Source of the DNA: Glycera tridactyla
Lineage: Eukaryota
Direction: 5' to 3'
DNA: 64,000 nt
NCBI GenBank assembly: GCA_965644265.1
Contig: OZ286476.1
Span: forward strand, 8,618,001 to 8,682,000
Within the stretch, counting starts at the first letter, position 1; each line of letters starts with the position of its first letter. Shown here one piece after another: positions 57,201 through 64,000 of this stretch. The translations under genes and the position numbers were made by a program. Under the pieces are notes generated by a model. That model made no database searches and was not told the DNA's origin. It was given only the letters and a program-made list of their open reading frames with translations.

Positions 57201-60200
57201 GTGCTGCAAGGGCATGGTGGTTGGATTTTCAACTGTCAAACAGAAATGAGAAAAATTCATAGAGTCACAACCAGTGTGACCCTCTAGCATGAAGACAACT
57301 CCTACGATAACACTAGGAATATAATATAATTATTCACAAGAATGATATTCAGAATTGAATAATCTTCGACCCCCCCCCCCCTGCCGTTTACTGCTTCAAG
57401 TATCCCATAACTGAGATGAAAAAAAAATCTTAAATATTCCTGCCTTCTTGTGTTACTGTCCGTCTGTCTTCATCTCATATTCCTGAATATGATTGCAATC
57501 TTTTCCATACACAATTTATTTCCAAATGCGGCTTCGGGTAGTCCAAGGAATAGGTGCTTCATAAGCAGGACAGGTTCGATTTTGTAGTGATTCATCCGTC
57601 TCAAGAAATATCATTTGTCAGTGATGAGATGATCAACTAGACCTAAGAAATTGGGCCATGAGTGCAATGAAATCAATTCTTTTATCCAGAAAAGTGGCTT
57701 GAATTGAGTTTTTGCAACACAATACAATTCCAGACGGAACACTCATCTGATAGATTTTTTTTCCATATGCTATGACTCTGCTTATGAGTGTGGAAATGCA
57801 ATTCAGCATTATCTCATTTCATTTGCAGAAATTGCATTTGAATTATAGGGTCTCACAATATACAAAATTGGAATCAGAGGACAGTAATACAGCCATGGAT
57901 CACTACTTACTTTGTTAGATCACCCCGTCTACTGCATGGAGACAATTGAAAAGTCCTACCCAAATACCCAATGTTGGCTCGACTGGGTACCTGACATGTG
58001 ATATAGTGAAAGTCACATCAGTGAAAAACATTATTTCAGCAACCATTAAAAATATACAACGGCCTCCTTCGGTAAACATCATATTGAACGTATCCTCAAA
58101 GAACTCCCATTTTAATAATGGGCTGATTTTCTTATGACTTCAGTTTATTTGAGGGTTCAGAAAGTGTCGTCGATGATCCAGCCCATGAAATTTGATGAGC
58201 ATCCCTGTACATTCAGGTTGTAATGAACGGCTGGTAAACGACCAACAAAACCAACCAATATCATTCAATATAAAACATGGATATATCAAAGTGAAGTCAA
58301 TGATACCTTCCAGGTCACCTTGGCTTGCGAAACCTGATGCACATCTGATGATGAAGTGATCTGTTTACATTGTGAAGGTGAAAAAGAACCTAAAGGTCAA
58401 TATCCCATACAGCAGCACATGGGGGCCATCACATTATAGCTCTGTGGCATCCGAGACGGGAGAAGACTTTGTGGCAAAAGAATAGTAAGCTGTCACGTGT
58501 CACTCATAGACATCACACACTCTGTATAGGTGGGCGCCACCATCTTGAAAAAATCAGCCTTGTGTCAGAGAGTTGGTCGAGTGGGAGTCCAAGGTTCCTA
58601 TATATGAAAGCCACCAATAGACTAGACGTGGGTTATTTACATTTGAAGCATTGCCATTTGAATTGATGTTGGCAAGGCGTAGCAGCATCACTTTCTTCTT
58701 CTCAATAGCTTTTGGTGTGATGAATGAATGAGAACATACCTTCGAAATTCTGTAATCTGTCTCCAGGCATTTTTTACCAGAACACCCCATCACCCGTTTT
58801 CCTTTCCATCACCGCTTTTCTATCCCTTGGAGTTCTTTCAATTTTTCTTCATTGAGGTGGTCTCAAGTGTAGATGGAAGATATTGTCACTATATGTAGAG
58901 GCGTGTACCCCTGAGATATAATCGAAATGGTCATTATTTTTTCGATAGTCATACACGCAGAAGCTAATTTCCTTATTTCATACGAAAGGGACATATCCCA
59001 CACACAATGATCAGCCTCGTCATAAACACCCATAAATTGTTCCAGTATGCAAATTATACACAGGAATCTATGAATTTTACAAAGATATATCCTATGTCAG
59101 GCAAGTCAGTGTGTGATTGCCGCTGAGTGATTTTGTTGATCCTAGTTTTGCTTGGTGCCCATTCTCAGTTAATGTAAGACACAGCGAATGATTGGCAATG
59201 CTTTTCACTTTAATCCATGACATTACTATGCAGAGCGAGGCCATGATGGAGGCAAATTGTCCAAGCTGGAGCAACTTTGTTTCTCATGATGGGTGCTCAA
59301 GGGGCCTGAAGTAACTCTCTAAGGAATACATATTGATGGAGCAGGGACAAACGTATCTCAATCTCAGACAGTATCATTCCAGACTCAGTCGGTGATAGAG
59401 CATAAAGTCTGTACGAATATGGGCAGGTTTACTTCATGAAGAAGAGTTTTGTTCTTCTTTGGTATATTTGAGAACTTCTACAGAGGTGGGAGATGCGAAA
59501 GTCACCGCACAGAGATTCAACTTGGAGGTTACATTATTTCTGAAGGTCACGCTACCATCACTGCTTGCGATTGATGTTTGCCTTTTTCTAGCAAAAGCGC
59601 AGTTTGCAATAAAACTTAAACTTTATTGTCTATATCTATAGCTTGTTCAGAAGGACACATGAAAAATTTCTTTCTACTATGCAATATGCATGATTTATAA
59701 TGACAGCTTAAGGTGTAATAAAATGTGAAAGTTGATTCATGGAATGATTCTATTAGGAAAATGGAAAACACTTGTTCCCAGAATCTTCCCATTCACATTC
59801 AATCACCGTGCAATCGTTAGTCTGAAAATAAGATGGTGCTATCATGGGTACATGAGATGAAAATATTACTAGTGGTATGCCCTCTCTCAAGTTATCTGAC
59901 ACAGCTGACTCGGTCTGGATGCGGAGGTTATCCAAAATAAATGCTTCTCTGATAAAAGAGCATGTCATCTTGAGACGGAGCAGCTGTTTTATAAATATCG
60001 AATATTGATTCTCTTGTGTCGCTATGCAGGTGTTCAAGAGAGATGATTGAGAAAATTCTTCAAACTGCTGCTCAGCTTTCTTGTTTTTCTCCACAAAGTC
60101 TATTGTCTACTGAATTTCTCTCTGCTAATCATGAACTTTGTTTCAAACGCACAATTTGATTCTCCCTCTGGACCTATGCTCAGGACAGCTCGTAAGAGGT

Positions 60201-60712
60201 ATTATCATTCTCCAATTGTTTTTATCGAGAATGTACACGGAAATATCAGAAATGTGAGGAATGATATGGATATCCTACACCATCCAAACACACAAACTAG
60301 TTGATCATGCACTGGCTCATAAATCGTGAATTTTCGTTGACTGTTTTGAATGATAAACGTAATTTTAGCCGGAAGTACTGTTAGATCCTCAGAGATTCGG
60401 ATCATCAGTGTTCCTATCACGGACTCATCATTCCTGTTCTCAAGTTTGATCTTTGAAATTGATGAAGAACATGAACGTATTGATGATTTGTACAAAAACG
60501 TTTTAGGATCCGGCAGGGATATGACCCTCGCTGATTTGATACTATTTGTCATATATATATATCACATCACAGTCGAGCTCTGGGGATATGGCAGGTCTTA
60601 TGAATGTACAACTCATTTGTATACCAGGCAAAAAATGCTTTGAGGGAAATCGTATTACCATCCATAGCCTACAAGGGAATGAGAGCAAAAGGCTCAATCT
60701 GCCAACATCATG

Positions 60713-62290
60713 TTTTAGTTTTATAAATCTTTATTCATGGAAGCAGTTGACAAAGTCGTACAAAAAGCTTCAATGGACAAGTAAATAATGATAACATATA
60801 TACAATGAACTATGGGTCAAAATCTGAGTACACAGTAAATACAGGTGACACTACTCTTTGAGTATGACAATACTCGTAACAGTAAATTGTGCTGCCTATA
60901 GAGGTAATTGAGATACTATGTTACAGTATAACTTATCTTGGTCGTACGTAATCATAATTCGATTCTTCAGCCTTCATGTCTGTTTCCCAAGCAGACTCAA
61001 TATTTGAACAGACCATATAGTTTAGTTCCACTTAACATCCGGGTACTTTCCCTCAACAGAAATATTTCTTGTCATGTTTTTTGAAGGTTGCAATGGTTCC
61101 ACTAGTGCAGATATTTTGTGGCAGAGTGTTCCACAGCTGTGCTTCTCTGACAAAAAAGGTGTTAGATGCAAAGATAATGCAGGTCCGTCAATCTGTAGAT
61201 CACCTCATATTGTTTGACGCGTTTGTCTTGATGAGATAGCTGACCTTAATGCAAGGTCATTACATATGCTAGGCCTATCAGCGACGTCTGGCGACAGTCT
61301 TTTTCTGTCAGTTTGAACATTTCTGCAGCCAGATGCCTATTCCTTAGACTGTCAAGGAAGGGTACTTGTAGTGCCTCTATGACATTCAGTAGCAGAAGGG
61401 TTGAACCAATGCTGCCAGACTACATGGAGACATCTGTTCTGCAGCATCTGTAGTCTATGTGCTGCAGCAGCACTCATGCAACCATAGATAAAGTCATTGA
61501 AACATATGATTGATTGAATCAAGGAGTGGTATAAATATAATTCCCGTTTCATACTAGTATACGGACGTATATGCGCCAGTGCAGTTTTCCGAATATTAAC
61601 TTTTTTGATAATATACTCAACATGTGGTGAGAAAGTTAGGTTTTCGTCGAGTATGATTCCCAGATATTTGAAGTTGTCCACTCTCTTTATACGATCATTG
61701 CCAAAAAGTATAGAATTTACATTTATTTTATCTGTGTCATCTGCATACAGATATGTTTTGCACAGTGATGGTACATCTGGTGATTGATTGATATATATTA
61801 CAAATAGTAGGGGTCCGATAATAGACCCTTCGGGAACCCCACAGGTGATGGGTCTATTCTCGGAAATCATGCAATTCAGCTTAGACGATTGTATCCGATC
61901 AGTCAGATATGACTCAAACCAAGATAGAGCACTATTTCTGAAGCCAATTTGCTTGAGGCGGTCAAACATCATAGTATGATCAATAGTTTCGAACGCCTCT
62001 TTCAGATCCAGGAAGAGAACCCCCACCGGGCGCAATTTGTCTGACTCTCTATAGATGTTGTCCATGAAACTAGCCATGCACGTCCCAGTGGAGAGTCCCT
62101 CCCTGAATCCAAACTGGGCATCCGACAGAACACATAAACCTGCCGATGAACCACTTTTTCAAGCACCTTACCTGATGGAGGCAGAATAGAAATAGGCCTA
62201 AAATTATTTATCACTACCACCCTTATGTAATACTATGACGACTGCCTCTTTCCATAACGTCGGGAATGTTTGTGTACGTACCGACAATTG
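60713..62290 (-). mobile_element. 5'-truncated, decayed LINE (RT region + 3' end), specific to copy B
   Basis: NFRPISILP, FLDLKEAFETIDH, GVPEGSIIGPLLF, YADDT and FKYLG, with frameshifts. AATAAA (TTTATT 60730-60735) and an A-rich tail. Copy A is continuous at CATCATG|TCAAAGG (~38150). Confidence 0.9.
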
Positions 62291-62806
62291 TCAAAGGTTC
62301 ATAGGTCAAGACAGAGGTATCAATCGTTGAGCGGGGAAAAACATTCTGACTGTGCTGAGCCATCCATGCGATGGATATCGTCAGGATCATTCAATACTTC
62401 ACTTAGGTCATTGATGGGAGGTGAACATTTATGGAGTTCACAGAAGTGAATGGAATTCGCATAAATATTTGCTGCAGGCATGTACGATATCCCAGAGAAC
62501 AACGTCAGAATATTGCACCTGCAGAATGAGCGGAAAAGGATGATATGTAAAATTAGAGTAGATCTTGATAAGTGAGAGATATATATTTTATGAGGCAAGT
62601 GGATGTTAATCAGAGAAGCACCCAACAACAACAAATTGGGTGAGAATTGGGGGAGGGTCATGAAGACGTTTTATTTTTTCCCAATGGCTGCTTTACTGCC
62701 AAGCAGGAGTCATATGAATGCAAATGATGAAGACTTCCATTCGGCAGGTGATGCATTGGTGCTGGCAGATGGTGGTGACGACCTTGGCGTGATCATAAAA
62801 TGGCGG

Positions 62807-62995
62807 CAGTTGCCAGGCAATATGAACGCGTTCCAAAGACCTTTTCACTTCAATGATGTATGTATCTGCTGAAGTCAGCTTATCCTTCTCAATGTGAGCT
62901 CTTCCCATTCCATATATATTCTGACACTTAGTAAAAAAACCACTACCGCTACCACCACTACCACTTTCACCACCACATCATCATCATCATCATCG

Positions 62996-63055
<60 letters not shown>

Positions 63056-64000
63056 ACATCATCATCATCATCACGATTATCTTCATCATCATAATCATCA
63101 TAATCATCATCGCGGGCCTGGATTGCTACACTGGTATTGGCGCCCAATGAGCCTGGTCAAAATGCTTTCCTCTGATGAAATATGTCAATAAGTCAAATTC
63201 CAGTGCGTATGTTGGAGATAAAGGAATGTGATATTGCCTGGAGACGTTCCACTCCAGTTCAATTAGCAACTCCCCAAATGTATCATTGAACTGATCACAA
63301 CCATGGGAGAAGAAAAAGCATGCACAAGAATAGGAAGATGAGTACAATCATCATCATTGTCACAACGATCATGAATCATGATTGTCAATGGGAGAAGGGA
63401 AGCGTTCTCGTGCTATTTGGACTTCTTAGCTGAATATAGCGGAGATGAATCATATATGAGTGGTGTCATTAAAAGAAGCTCTTGGCAATGTCATCAGCAT
63501 TTAATCAGCAGGTAATTGTGATAGATGGCCATCATAACATTGTCCTGATCAATATGTTAGCAGTGAATGGTTTCAAAAATGTCTCTCTACAATATCGCAC
63601 CAACGGGCGACTGGCTGCTACTCTCCCTGTCCTTCGGATTCTTAGGATTCAATAGGATTCAATGAATTTTATTTTGGATATGAGAAAAACATCGCTCATT
63701 TCCATACCAAATGTATGATACATCACGTAGTACCATCACAAAATACAAGATACTTGCAAGACAATTAATAACACAAAATGAAGTGAGACAGCGGGTAGCT
63801 GCGTTATGTTGAGAACTCGTGTACAAAATGAATAGATAAATAAACACTACTCAAACCATCAGTTCACACACCTATATAACAATCAAACATGGGGTTATGT
63901 ATCTTGGTATCTGTACCACACATTTAAAGCTACCCTGCAGGTGGAGGTGACTGCATTCACCAAACGCCATGAAGGTCAACTATAGTTATTCACACATTAG
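62807..64000 (+). repeat. Start of copy C of the tandem unit (homology visible to ~63630)
   Basis: Matches 6547-7410 and 38630-39330. Contains a (CAT)n tract at ~62980-63110. Confidence 0.9.

Larger units (their letters stand above)
38630..62806 (+). repeat. Copy B of the tandem unit (~24.2 kb)
   Basis: Colinear with copy A throughout, apart from copy-specific insertions and deletions. Confidence 0.95.

Overview
Eukaryotic, AT-rich, probably invertebrate-animal genomic DNA with no intact host gene that I can recognise. Three layers explain almost all of it. (1) 1-~6546 (minus strand) is the 5' part of a CR1/L2-like non-LTR retrotransposon with an unusual layout: a broken L1-type coiled-coil/RRM ORF1, then a separate intact SGNH/GDSL esterase ORF, then a 1.6-kb non-coding spacer holding about ten copies of a 31-bp palindromic repeat, then an intact APE-endonuclease ORF2 that runs off the window. 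(2) ~6547-64000 is a tandem array of a ~24.3-24.6-kb unit: copy A 6547-38629, copy B 38630-62806, and the start of copy C. It may carry a decayed ionotropic-glutamate-receptor-like pseudogene (low confidence). (3) Copy-specific insertions, whose empty sites are visible in the sister copy: a complete 7348-bp DIRS1-type tyrosine-recombinase retrotransposon with ITRs and ICR, one base away from intact; a 931-bp hAT MITE; a 1.6-kb TIR element with a probable 4-bp TSD; a 5'-truncated LINE; and small templated duplications. Further LINE fragments are also present. N-runs look like masked simple repeats. All alignments and translations were done by eye; no database searches were run.
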